A stretch of 64,000 nt of DNA, from assembly GCA_963675755.2 (NCBI GenBank), contig CAXXMD010000002.1, positions 1,248,001-1,312,000 on the forward strand. The letters run 5' to 3'. Each line of letters begins with the position of its first letter. Positions within the stretch are counted from its first letter, which is position 1. Positions 49,208 through 59,242 of the stretch are shown here, piece after piece. A program made the position numbers and the translations under genes. This DNA is from a bacterium (GTDB lineage: Bacteria; Zhuqueibacterota; Zhuqueibacteria; Residuimicrobiales; Krinioviventaceae). The notes under the pieces are model-generated. The model was given only the letters and a program-made list of their open reading frames with translations, was not told the DNA's origin and searched no databases.

Positions 49208-50920
49208 TTAATTGATTTCAATATTATCAAGCGGTGAACCATCATCACGGGTTATACGGAGATACAATCCCCAGTTTAATTCTGAATTACAAACTTTGAT
49301 CAAAACCTTGTTCTCACCCTTGTTCAAACGGACAGGTAATATATCTGAATCGGGTGCGGCAGGGCGTTCAACATTTTTAGCCAACAGCTTTTGACTGTTA
49401 AACCACAATGTTGCCGTATCATTGGTACCCAGACGTATCTGTGCATGCTGATCTACCAGACTGGTTACAGTAATTGCTGCATATGCACAAACCCAATCGG
49501 TAGGTTGAAAATATTTTCTAAAATCAAGATATCCACTAATCGGATCAACTGTGCATTGCTGCCATTTTAATACTTTATCATTTATCGTATATTCCGAATG
49601 GACATCCATTTGCGATTCAGGGGGAAATGCAGTATCAAAATTATCACAGGCTTTACATCCAAAAGGACCCACAATATGGAATTCTGAAACAAACCCCAAT
49701 TCAGCATTGAACGCATCAACTTGTCGGTTTTTTGCAAGCATGGCAAGATTTTGAATTGCAGGAGTAGAGATCCATTTTTCTTTAACAACATTACGATATT
49801 TATCAATTTGGGGGTCTAAAGGCAATACGGAATTGCCCACCTTGCCATATTTTTCAACATCTGACTGATTAAACTGCCACCAGGTGGCACCATGCCCATA
49901 GATCCAGCAGTATTTTTTGCTGCCCAGCAGAATACCTGCATACTGATTTTGAAAATCCTCAACAGAAAAGCGACTGCTCTTGTCCGCATAAGAGCCAACC
50001 AGAGAATCACCAAAGGTCTCTTTTTTACCGGACCACCCTAAAAACTCGCCATCTTTATCAACGATTTCGCGGTAATAGCCAAGCGGCCAGCCCGCCAAAG
50101 AAACACCACACGTTTTCTTCCAGTAATCCTGCGCTTTGGGACTAATCGCATCCAAAATTTTGGATTCCAGCTCGAAAGCATAATGGATCAGCCCAAAGGT
50201 GCTTACCATATCATAAGACAATTCAGTCAACACAAACAAACCACCGGGAGCCTGTTGTACTGCCATCGCTTCCAGCCAACCGGTAAACAGTGCCTTTGCA
50301 ATGGGACCATAAAAGGTAATGCTTTCCGGCAGCGTGAGATAAACCATATCCGGATATTCAGCTAACATGGCGTTGACCATTTCACGTCCGCGTTTGTGAG
50401 CGGCAGCTATCAAGTCTTGTTGAGTATAACCGTTATAATCATACCCCTGCCAATCGAACTGATATTGTTCGTTGACATATTCAATATCCAGAGAAATCCC
50501 TTTACAACCGGAGAGTTTTGCAAATCGTGCAGCCTCTGCAAAATTCTTTATTATATCTTCCCAGGCGGCATTATCGGTCCAAAGGGGTACCTGTTTATAA
50601 AACGCGATTTTGATAAAATTATCCGTGATTCCGGCATTACGACAAATGTCATTACAATTTTTTATCCGTTGAAATGTAGCATCCGATTCATTTCGACTGG
50701 ACGGATCACCATCCTGTGCCCAGATATCATCGCCCCAATTGGCCATAATCCCAGACAACATGAATCCATCAAATCCATTCTGCTTCCACTCAACTGCCGT
50801 ATCCGCCAGATATTCGGGAGAAATAGGACTAAAGAGCAGAGTTTTGGGTAAATCCTGCTGTTTAGTATTTGTACAACATAAAAACATGGATACTGCGATG
50901 AAAACAAATAATTTCTTCAT
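49208..50920 (-). CDS. Hypothetical lipoprotein: TIM-barrel GH-like domain + C-terminal beta-sandwich
   Basis: MFLCC lipobox-like end; GISLDIEY (acidic DxE); C-terminal VGPF...CAYA...GTND...WFN...LNKGENKVLIKV...WG module. Confidence 0.65.
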   Translation of the reverse strand: MKKLFVFIAVSMFLCCTNTKQQDLPKTLLFSPISPEYLADTAVEWKQNGFDGFMLSGIMANWGDDIWAQDGDPSSRNESDATFQRIKNCNDICRNAGITDNFIKIAFYKQVPLWTDNAAWEDIIKNFAEAARFAKLSGCKGISLDIEYVNEQYQFDWQGYDYNGYTQQDLIAAAHKRGREMVNAMLAEYPDMVYLTLPESITFYGPIAKALFTGWLEAMAVQQAPGGLFVLTELSYDMVSTFGLIHYAFELESKILDAISPKAQDYWKKTCGVSLAGWPLGYYREIVDKDGEFLGWSGKKETFGDSLVGSYADKSSRFSVEDFQNQYAGILLGSKKYCWIYGHGATWWQFNQSDVEKYGKVGNSVLPLDPQIDKYRNVVKEKWISTPAIQNLAMLAKNRQVDAFNAELGFVSEFHIVGPFGCKACDNFDTAFPPESQMDVHSEYTINDKVLKWQQCTVDPISGYLDFRKYFQPTDWVCAYAAITVTSLVDQHAQIRLGTNDTATLWFNSQKLLAKNVERPAAPDSDILPVRLNKGENKVLIKVCNSELNWGLYLRITRDDGSPLDNIEIN

Positions 50921-50942
50921 GACCCCATCCTGTTTTAATATT

Positions 50943-51341
50943 TTATTTGTTTAACCACTGAACAAACTCGAGCACATTATTATCCGGATCAGTTATATAC
51001 AGCCAGGTTACCATATCAGGAATCAGCATGGGCCCTTTGAGTATATCTATTTGTGCGGATTTTAACTTTTTCACCAATTCATCCAGGTTATCTGTACCAA
51101 TGGCCATATGCGGACTGTAAGGTGGTTTGATTTCATTTTCAGGCGCCGGAATGGGCTGATTTTGCTCATCCAAAAGTTGCAGCAACTCGATATTGCATCC
51201 ATCGAGTTTCAAAAAAGCAAATGCCTCGTGATGTTCCTCATCCACGGTTTTAGACATGAGCTCTAGTCCCAGTTTTTCCTGGTAAAATTTTATTGAAACG
51301 TCCAGATCAGAGACCTGAAACGCAAAATGATCAGCAAACAT
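50943..51341 (-). CDS. VOC/glyoxalase family protein
   Basis: Motifs DHFAFQVSDL..SIKFY...LG, IELL, HMAI and DPDNNVLEF (H/E/H/E metal ligands). Start set at ATG 51341 after GGAGG. Confidence 0.9.
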   Translation of the reverse strand: MFADHFAFQVSDLDVSIKFYQEKLGLELMSKTVDEEHHEAFAFLKLDGCNIELLQLLDEQNQPIPAPENEIKPPYSPHMAIGTDNLDELVKKLKSAQIDILKGPMLIPDMVTWLYITDPDNNVLEFVQWLNK

Positions 51342-51357
51342 TAGGTTCCTCCAGTTC

Positions 51358-53925
51358 TTACTCGATACTATCCATGAGATCATGAAATTCTTTACTACGC
51401 AATTGATGGCGTTCAGCATAATGGGTAATACCTTCCCGTTCTACAATTTCACAAAAACGGGTATAACTTCCATCGTGCTTTGATTGCTGTGGAAAATATA
51501 AACATTTGAGATACAATATTGGCAAACGGGCCATTTCTACACGCTCCAAAACATCCTGGTTGTCCGCAATGACTTCAGCACGATCAAAAATTTCACCGGC
51601 TTGAATAATAAAAGATTCGGTAAATATCTTGTCTTCCGGTTTCATAAATAAATGGATATGCGTTAAAGGTGTTACAAGCCCTTGCAGCAGATCATAATAT
51701 TCACGAATAAACTGTCCGCTGCGCCCATAATAACCATAGATAAAGTCATTTACGACTGTTTCCACATCACAATCCGGGTTCCAAAGTAATTTAGAGATCA
51801 AATAGGCCCGCAGCTCGGCAAACTCACCACCGCGACTCTGATATGCCGCCTGCTCCATAATCCCGATTGCGTTATTCTCCTGAAAGGTCTTTATATTTTC
51901 CTGCAATACCCCAAAATTGGGATACGGCATAATATAATGACCGAAATTCACAACATAATCCCAAATGTACATATGCGGCGCAATAGCAGACCAGCCCTGA
52001 AGATCATCCATAAAAGACTGGTTCAACGAACAGGATTTAAAATCATGTGAAAAACAGCATTCAATACTGCATAAACGGATGACCACATTTTCCCGCGGCT
52101 TTATATTTTTACAGGGCTTACGGGTATATTGATAGGCAAGTGTACCTACATATTTGTCTGGAAATTCTTTTTCAATCTCTTTTGCGATCTTGTTCACAAA
52201 CCAGATCAACGGCCCGGCTTCACTTTCTTCTTTTCGTGCGATTTTCTGGCAATTTTCACATTGACAGGGATTTCGCCAGTCGTTCTGCGACACAGAATAA
52301 ATTAAACAATCGGGATTGTCCCGCATTGCCTGTTTGAGGCGGTTCGTAACAATTTTAAAAACATCCGGATTGGTGAGACACAGCTGCGCATGATCATGGA
52401 CACGTTTGCCATCGATCAAGCTGTAATATTCCGGGTGTTCATCATAAAATTCTGTCGGGGGCATAAACCGATAAAATGTGTGAACAGCCCAATATCCCTC
52501 AACACCGCCGGGTTGTTTACGACTGCCCATAGCGCCGTTTACCCGGTTGCGCGCTGCCCATACCGGATCAAAGGCTTCATAATAAAAATCGTTACGTACA
52601 CGTATGCCCGGGGATTCATGGTTATATAAATAAGTGAATTCATATTTATCTTTTTCAGGAACATTTGTTACCTGCGGAGTATACCAGCGTAAACCCAGCT
52701 CATTTTCCAAAAAGCTAAGCACACCATACATAGTGCCACGTTGACTGCCGCCCCAGATAAAAACATGAGGACCCATATTCTTGTAGGTAAATGCTTCTGA
52801 CAAAGCTTCCGATTTGTGCATATCATCCGGAAACATCTTCAACACATCCGGATGACATCCAACAACGATGGATGGGATTGACTCTTTAAATTGGTTTACA
52901 ATGGGGAAAAAAGCACCACTGACTTTGTTGAGCCAATGTTGAAGTTCACGTGCAGCCCATTGTTCGGATTCTGACGCGTTATTATCTACAACAATAGCAT
53001 ATTTTGTTTTGCGGTCGTTGAAAAGCTCAAAAACCTGACGATTACCCGCACTAAATGTATGGGATTCCTGGAATAACTGGCCATCAATAAACTGTGCCGT
53101 AATTGACAACTTGAATTCTGCGTATCGTTCTGTCGGGACAGAAAGGACCATGTCCTGTTCGGTTTCTAGTTTACCTTGCCATATAACTGACTCTGGAGCA
53201 AATTTGGGAGTTATGGTAACAAGATTTTCCTTAAACAATGAGGCTAAATTGCGTTTATCATATTTAAAATGCAGAACCGGTTTAGCATCCATAGTTAAAA
53301 CAGTGAAAAAAGATCCCGCCCCTAAATCCGAATCAAAAGATAAGAATCGGGTACAAAACGCCCAGACATTACCCAACTCCTCTACCTTGAGTAGTAATGT
53401 ATTTTTTCCCTTTTTTATAACAACGGGGACCAGTCCTTCATCAGGATTTAGTCCGCCGGGTCTTGCTTCGTCCCAAACCAACATACCGTTAAACCAGACC
53501 CTTCCGCCATCATTACAGGCAACGGACAAATAACATATCTGTTCCTTTTCGGCAAAAATCTCCCTATACGCATAAGCGCAAACATTTTCATCAGTAGAAA
53601 CAAAATCATCCAGAACAATGACAGAATCCGGTGCAACAATCTCTTTAAAAGCCAGCTTTTCTCCATTTACAGAAATCACCGTCCCTGCTGTTATATCAGG
53701 ATTTTCTTCTCCTCCGATACCTGCGAGGTAATCGGTTTCAAATCCCGGGATGTGTTGTTGGTCCAGTTCATTATCTTTGGGAGATTCTAGATGAATAGGC
53801 CCGCAAACAGTCCATTCTTTCATCCACTTTCCCATTTCAAACTCATACCCGGCAGCAAAAAGATTTACTGATAAAAATACAAATAAAATTAATATCAGAA
53901 AATTGTGTCTAGATCTCATCATCAC
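51358..53925 (-). CDS. DUF4838 protein (GH67/GH20 N-terminal-like domain + TIM barrel), paralog 1
   Basis: Signal peptide, with RGTMYGV.SFLE..LG.RWY, HPEYYSL, QLCLTNP, SVSQND, TLAYQYT and YIWDY. Confidence 0.85.
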   Translation of the reverse strand: MMMRSRHNFLILILFVFLSVNLFAAGYEFEMGKWMKEWTVCGPIHLESPKDNELDQQHIPGFETDYLAGIGGEENPDITAGTVISVNGEKLAFKEIVAPDSVIVLDDFVSTDENVCAYAYREIFAEKEQICYLSVACNDGGRVWFNGMLVWDEARPGGLNPDEGLVPVVIKKGKNTLLLKVEELGNVWAFCTRFLSFDSDLGAGSFFTVLTMDAKPVLHFKYDKRNLASLFKENLVTITPKFAPESVIWQGKLETEQDMVLSVPTERYAEFKLSITAQFIDGQLFQESHTFSAGNRQVFELFNDRKTKYAIVVDNNASESEQWAARELQHWLNKVSGAFFPIVNQFKESIPSIVVGCHPDVLKMFPDDMHKSEALSEAFTYKNMGPHVFIWGGSQRGTMYGVLSFLENELGLRWYTPQVTNVPEKDKYEFTYLYNHESPGIRVRNDFYYEAFDPVWAARNRVNGAMGSRKQPGGVEGYWAVHTFYRFMPPTEFYDEHPEYYSLIDGKRVHDHAQLCLTNPDVFKIVTNRLKQAMRDNPDCLIYSVSQNDWRNPCQCENCQKIARKEESEAGPLIWFVNKIAKEIEKEFPDKYVGTLAYQYTRKPCKNIKPRENVVIRLCSIECCFSHDFKSCSLNQSFMDDLQGWSAIAPHMYIWDYVVNFGHYIMPYPNFGVLQENIKTFQENNAIGIMEQAAYQSRGGEFAELRAYLISKLLWNPDCDVETVVNDFIYGYYGRSGQFIREYYDLLQGLVTPLTHIHLFMKPEDKIFTESFIIQAGEIFDRAEVIADNQDVLERVEMARLPILYLKCLYFPQQSKHDGSYTRFCEIVEREGITHYAERHQLRSKEFHDLMDSIE

Positions 53926-53976
53926 TCCAAAATAATTTATAATTTAAACTTTCAATATTGAGCCTGTTAATCTGAC

Positions 53977-56538
53977 CTATTTAGCGTATTCCATGAGTTG
54001 ATGAAACGCATTTTTATGTTCCAAGCCATGTTCTGCGTAATGCGTAATTCCCTCCCTGTCCGATATCTCACAAAAACGGGAATATGTCCCATCCTGTTTG
54101 GATTGCAGGGGGTATCGCAAACATTTTAAATACATCAACGGCAGTCTGGCCATTTCAACACGCTGCAGTAATTCCAGATTATCGGCAACAGCTTCAGCTT
54201 TATCAAATATCTTATCCGCATTTGCTATAAATGAATCCGGGAAAATCTTGTCATCAGGTTTTAAACCGAGGTGAATATGCGTTAACGGGGTTACCAGTCC
54301 ATGCAACAGATCAAAATATTCTTTTACATACTGGCCGCTGCGTCCATAATATCCATACATAAAGTCATCAATTACCGCATCTACATCACAATCGGGATTC
54401 CACAAGAGTTTCGAAATTACATAAGCACGCAGTTCAGCAAACTCGCCACCACGACTCTGATAAGCAGCCTGCTCCATGATTCCGATGGAATTATTTTCAC
54501 GGAATGTTTTAATATTTTCCTGTAATACCCCAAAGTTGGGATATGGCAAAGTGTAGTGGCTAAAATTTACTACATAATCCCATATATACATATGCGGAGC
54601 AATCGCTGACCAGGCTTGCAGATCATCCATAAAGGATTGATTTTCAGGGCAGGATTTAAAGTCATGGGCAAAACAGCACTCGATACTACACAACCGGATA
54701 ACGACATTTTCCCGTGGCTTTATGTTTTTACAGGGTTTGCGGGTATATTGATACGCAAGTGTTCCCACATATTTATCTGGAAATTCTTTTTCAACTTCTT
54801 TAGCTACCTTGTTGACAAACCAGATTAACGGACCTGCTTCAGTCTCTTCTTCCTTTGCGATTTTCTGACAATGTTCGCACTGGCAGGGATTATGATAGTC
54901 ATTTTGTGATACAGAAAAAATCAAGCAATCCGGATTTTCCCGCATCGCTTGCTTGAGGCGTTTTGTGATAATCTTGAACACATCAGGATTGGTAAGGCAG
55001 AGTTGAGCGCGTTCATGAATACGTTTGCCATCAATCAAGCTATAGTATTCCGGATGCTCATCATAAAATTCTGTCGGAGGCATAAATCGATAAAAGGTAT
55101 GCACGGCCCAGTAGCCTTCCACACCGCCGGGTTGTTTACGGCTATCCATTGCACCATTCACACGGTTTCTCGCCGCCCATATAGGGTTAAAAGCTTCATA
55201 ATAAAAATCATTACGTACACAGATACCCGGTGCTTCCTGATGATAAAGATAATCAAAAGTATATTTTGCTTTTTCAGGAACAATTGTAACAGCAGGAGTA
55301 TACCACCGTACACCAAATTCATTTTCCAGAAAGCTGAATATACCATACATGGTACCGCGTTGACTGCCGCCTAAAATAATAATATGCTGACCGACATTTC
55401 TATAGATAAAAGATTCGTCCATTTTATCGGGCTTATTAACCAGAGTGGGAAATGCTTTATTCACATCAGGATGATAACCCACAACGACAGAAGGCCGGGA
55501 CACGTCAAAATCATTTACAATTGGGAAATAAGCTCCACTAATTTGCTCCGACCAGCTTTGTAGCTCTTTTGCGGCCCATTGTTCAGAATCCGATGCATTT
55601 TTATCAACTACAATTACATAAGATGTTTTCAAGTCGCTAAAAAGCTCAAATAACTGCCTGTCTCCCACACTAAAATTATATGACTCTTTCCAACTCTGTC
55701 CATCAGGGAACCTGGCAGTAAAGGTCATATTGTATCTTTCATACAATTCCGAATTGATTGGTAACGTCATTTCTTTAACTGCCTGCAAAGGTCCTTGCCA
55801 GACAATTGTATCAGGGCTCCTCATCAAAGACACAACAATATTGGTATCATGAAATAATGATGATAAACCGCCTTCTTCAAATTTGTAACGCAATATCGCC
55901 TGTGAATCCCGATTTATCATTTCAAAATATGAAACAGGGCGAATTTTTGATTCTATTGGTAAAAAACGAGCACAAAACGCCCACACATTGGCGCGTTCTT
56001 CAACTTTGAAAAGCAGTGTATTTTTTCCCTTTTTCAACAAAACAGGCAATAAAATATCATCCGCTATTACTCCCCTTGGTTCGGGACGGTCCCAGATTTG
56101 GGTCCCGTTTAACCACACACGACCTCCGTCATTACAACCCAGAGACAAAAAGCAAATCTGCTCTTTAGGAGAATTAATTTCCCGGTACATATAGGCACAG
56201 ACAATATCTTTTTTACTTATAAAATCATCCAGACTAACAACAGAATCAGTTGCAGCAATATCTTTAAATGTCAAAGTATTACCATTCACAGATATGTTTT
56301 GACCGTTTACAATGTTTGGATTACTCTCACCACCTATACTAACTAGATAATCGGTTTCAAATCCGGGAATATGCTCCTGAGTGAGATCGGATTGATTGCC
56401 AACTTGAAGCTGGATGGGACCACAAACGGTCCATTCTTTCATCCACTGGCCCATTTTTAAATCTGCGCTAAATGCACATATATTTACAAGCAGTAAAAAA
56501 AACAATACGTCTAAAAGGGTGCGGTGTATTGCTCGCAT
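53977..56538 (-). CDS. DUF4838 protein, paralog 2
   Basis: Same architecture as paralog 1, with long identical peptide stretches. Confidence 0.85.
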   Translation of the reverse strand: MRAIHRTLLDVLFFLLLVNICAFSADLKMGQWMKEWTVCGPIQLQVGNQSDLTQEHIPGFETDYLVSIGGESNPNIVNGQNISVNGNTLTFKDIAATDSVVSLDDFISKKDIVCAYMYREINSPKEQICFLSLGCNDGGRVWLNGTQIWDRPEPRGVIADDILLPVLLKKGKNTLLFKVEERANVWAFCARFLPIESKIRPVSYFEMINRDSQAILRYKFEEGGLSSLFHDTNIVVSLMRSPDTIVWQGPLQAVKEMTLPINSELYERYNMTFTARFPDGQSWKESYNFSVGDRQLFELFSDLKTSYVIVVDKNASDSEQWAAKELQSWSEQISGAYFPIVNDFDVSRPSVVVGYHPDVNKAFPTLVNKPDKMDESFIYRNVGQHIIILGGSQRGTMYGIFSFLENEFGVRWYTPAVTIVPEKAKYTFDYLYHQEAPGICVRNDFYYEAFNPIWAARNRVNGAMDSRKQPGGVEGYWAVHTFYRFMPPTEFYDEHPEYYSLIDGKRIHERAQLCLTNPDVFKIITKRLKQAMRENPDCLIFSVSQNDYHNPCQCEHCQKIAKEEETEAGPLIWFVNKVAKEVEKEFPDKYVGTLAYQYTRKPCKNIKPRENVVIRLCSIECCFAHDFKSCPENQSFMDDLQAWSAIAPHMYIWDYVVNFSHYTLPYPNFGVLQENIKTFRENNSIGIMEQAAYQSRGGEFAELRAYVISKLLWNPDCDVDAVIDDFMYGYYGRSGQYVKEYFDLLHGLVTPLTHIHLGLKPDDKIFPDSFIANADKIFDKAEAVADNLELLQRVEMARLPLMYLKCLRYPLQSKQDGTYSRFCEISDREGITHYAEHGLEHKNAFHQLMEYAK

Positions 56539-56557
56539 TTCGACTCCGGTGTTTGGG

Positions 56558-56593
56558 TAAAAGCCGGGACAGGGGTAGAGCGCAGTCCCGGCT
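56558..56593 (-). terminator. Intra-cluster hairpin (terminator or mRNA stabiliser)
   Basis: AGCCGGGAC-N14-GTCCCGGCT with a short T run on the minus strand, right after the DUF1080 stop codon. Confidence 0.55.
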
Positions 56594-56601
56594 GGGTAAT
56601 A

Positions 56602-57195
56602 TTATTTACTTAAATCACGATAATAGAGGTCTTTGGCTTCAATGGTCATACCAGGATTATGGCCCTGAATTGCAAAATGACCTTTGGTGTATTCCGTATC
56701 TTCCCAATCTGTCATTAATTGATCATTGATCCAGATCTGAATGTGGCTGCCAACAGCTTTAACTTTCATGGTAAACCATTCTTCATCTTTGGTAACCAGT
56801 TCTTTGGCCTTACCGGTGGGGGTACCGGGTTTCCACAGCCAACCGGTAAAAGCATCGCCCCTATTGGTAATTTGTGCTTCATAACCACGGGGGAAACCAT
56901 CCGGATTATCTTCAGGGGGATTTGCGCGGAAATAAAGTCCACTGTTTCCTTCCGCACTGACTTTGAACGTGCCTTTTACTTCAAGATCGGTCAAAACAGG
57001 ATCCGCGTAAATATGGCCCATTCCACCTTCTCCAACCAATACTCCATCAACCACTTTCCATTCTGCTTTACCTCGTACGGTCCATCCATCAAGATTTTCA
57101 CCGTTAAACAAAGATACCCATTCAGGTTCTTTTTCAACCGCACATGACATGAACATAGCTGATAGCAGTACAGTCAACAACAAGATTTTTTTCAT
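56602..57195 (-). CDS. DUF1080 (3-keto-glycoside processing family) lipoprotein
   Basis: True start is ATG 57195 (MKKILL...FMSC) after AAGGAG. Motifs SLFNGENLDGW, GNSGLYFR, GYEAQI and GHFAIQGH. Confidence 0.9.
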   Translation of the reverse strand: MKKILLLTVLLSAMFMSCAVEKEPEWVSLFNGENLDGWTVRGKAEWKVVDGVLVGEGGMGHIYADPVLTDLEVKGTFKVSAEGNSGLYFRANPPEDNPDGFPRGYEAQITNRGDAFTGWLWKPGTPTGKAKELVTKDEEWFTMKVKAVGSHIQIWINDQLMTDWEDTEYTKGHFAIQGHNPGMTIEAKDLYYRDLSK

Positions 57196-57235
57196 TGTCC
57201 CTCTCCTTGTAAAAAGTAAATGTAACAGGTTATTA

Positions 57236-58312
57236 TTAATTATATTTTTTTGAAATTTCTTTACACGAATTAATAAAAAATAAAATTCTATCATCAGGGG
57301 TACCGGCTTCGATATCAGCGGCAACAATATCACAGGGACCATATTCCTTTGCAATTCTATCCAGATCTGCCAGGATTTCCTGATGCGATTTATTCGCAAG
57401 GTCCATAGGCGTATACATGATAGCGCGACGTGCATGGGGAAACAACTCTCTGGCTTTAACCAAATCCGAATGCAGCCCCATATCAATATAACCGACATTG
57501 GGGATTTCAGCATAACTTTCAAGATAGGGATCAGCAGTCCATGCGCAATTGTGAATACCAATACATCCAAATTCTTTTGCAAGTCGTTTATCAAATGGCA
57601 GCACAAATTCTCGATACAGATCCGCAGATAACATGTTTACCAGACAATTACTGATGGTAAAAAATGACACATTGAAACCGGAATCCTCCTGAATTTTGTA
57701 GAGGCGCTTTGTTGCTTCTGTCATGGTATTATAAACACATTCAAACAAGTGCATAACCTGCTCAGGACGTTCATACATGTCCATAAATAATTGCTGGCCC
57801 CTCAAACGCTGGGCATTGTTCAAAATACCCTGCCAGTTGATATAACCGGCTACGCTCCCTTGCATCTCTTTGATTTGTTCAACCTGCTCCAGCAGTGCAT
57901 TGAAAAATGGATTGCTATCCAGATCAGGAGGATCAAGTTCGGACATTTGTTCATCCGTAAAATAATTTGCTTCACAGGCAGGCCAATTCTGCTTTTCATA
58001 TCGGATTGGAATCCCATAAATGCCGGCAATAGTACAGGCGCCATATGTACCTGTCAATAAATCCAGGGGTAAATCCGTATTGCCGATATGTGTATCAGGA
58101 AACCGTTGATTCAGTATCCGTCGCATATCAAGAACAGATTCTTTGCGATATACTGGATCAGTATGCCAACGTTCACCAAAATCAATATCCAGATATTGAC
58201 GATACCATGCCGGAGTAAATCCGATTTCGGGGCGCAGATAGGGTAATTCTCCATCAACCGGACGGCGTGTAGCCGGTGCAGAAGGTGCAATATAACTAGA
58301 GAGTTGGTTCAA
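57236..58312 (-). CDS. Uroporphyrinogen-decarboxylase/MtaA-like TIM-barrel protein
   Basis: Motifs QGILNNAQRLRGQQLFMDMYERPE, MLSADLYREFVLPFD, IHNCA (HxC) and AGTPDD. Confidence 0.8.
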   Translation of the reverse strand: MNQLSSYIAPSAPATRRPVDGELPYLRPEIGFTPAWYRQYLDIDFGERWHTDPVYRKESVLDMRRILNQRFPDTHIGNTDLPLDLLTGTYGACTIAGIYGIPIRYEKQNWPACEANYFTDEQMSELDPPDLDSNPFFNALLEQVEQIKEMQGSVAGYINWQGILNNAQRLRGQQLFMDMYERPEQVMHLFECVYNTMTEATKRLYKIQEDSGFNVSFFTISNCLVNMLSADLYREFVLPFDKRLAKEFGCIGIHNCAWTADPYLESYAEIPNVGYIDMGLHSDLVKARELFPHARRAIMYTPMDLANKSHQEILADLDRIAKEYGPCDIVAADIEAGTPDDRILFFINSCKEISKKYN

Positions 58313-58315
58313 AAA

Positions 58316-59233
58316 TCATTTTCCTTTGATGTCAAGGCTGGTGATTAACTCAATAACACGATTGATCAACAAATCAGCAGTTTTTTCATGGATTGTATCA
58401 AAAGTCAGAATTGGTTCCCTGACATTTGAGGTTTCGTATATTCCCTGCTTGTATAGCAGTCGTTTAAAAAAATGTATGGATATATCCAAATGTTGATTAG
58501 CAAATGCAAGAACGGGCAATAGTTTGTAAAACAGGGATTTTGCCTGTTCAATTTTATTCTCTTTATATAATCTGTAAATTTCACAATAAATCTCATGCAT
58601 ACCGGTGGGCATGAATGCATGCACACCCCGGTCCAATCCTTCTATCATTTGCTGAACCGCCCAACCTCCGGAGACGTTCAATCTGTCCTGGGTTGCGGCT
58701 AGAATCTCGCTGTATTTTATGCCTGCGGGCACGACTTCAATTTTCAAGCACCTGAATGCATCAACCGTATCAAACAAATCGCAGATCAATGGGACCGGCA
58801 AACCATATCCGCCAAAATCCCAGTCCTGCAGCATGATCATATCAACATCCATATCTGCTATGCGATAAAGATCAGATTTGTATTGATTTTCATTCTGAAA
58901 CGGTATTTGCAGCAGAATATTTTTACAACCCGTTTGAATCAGATCCTGAACAATCTGAACGCGTTTATCAGCATCCAGTTCACCCGCTCCGCCAATGACC
59001 GGCACTCTGTTATCGACCTGTTCCACTACTGTGGAGACAATGTCGCTTCGTTCTTTACGGGATAATTTATACACTTCGGATGCCATTGCCGGTACCAGAA
59101 ATCCACCAACACCGGCCTGGATAGCATTTTCCACATTTCGCTTTAATCCGGAAAAATCTATCCGATCATCTCTAGTAAATGGAGTATTGAGTACCGTAAC
59201 AATCCCAAACAAGGGATATAATTCTTTTATCAT
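58316..59233 (-). CDS. DHDPS/NAL-family lyase, AraD (2-keto-3-deoxy-sugar-acid dehydratase)-like
   Basis: Motifs TPF...ID, MASE in place of GTTGE, MLQD, Schiff-base LKIE and C-terminal VREP. Confidence 0.8.
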   Translation of the reverse strand: MIKELYPLFGIVTVLNTPFTRDDRIDFSGLKRNVENAIQAGVGGFLVPAMASEVYKLSRKERSDIVSTVVEQVDNRVPVIGGAGELDADKRVQIVQDLIQTGCKNILLQIPFQNENQYKSDLYRIADMDVDMIMLQDWDFGGYGLPVPLICDLFDTVDAFRCLKIEVVPAGIKYSEILAATQDRLNVSGGWAVQQMIEGLDRGVHAFMPTGMHEIYCEIYRLYKENKIEQAKSLFYKLLPVLAFANQHLDISIHFFKRLLYKQGIYETSNVREPILTFDTIHEKTADLLINRVIELITSLDIKGK

Positions 59234-59242
59234 TTAATCGAT

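Noticed and set aside
57196-57606. 137-codon upstream extension of the DUF1080 ORF overlapping the UroD-like gene
   Set aside because: The extension is not protein-like, DUF1080 has its own ribosome-binding site and signal peptide at 57195, and the UroD-like gene ends normally.
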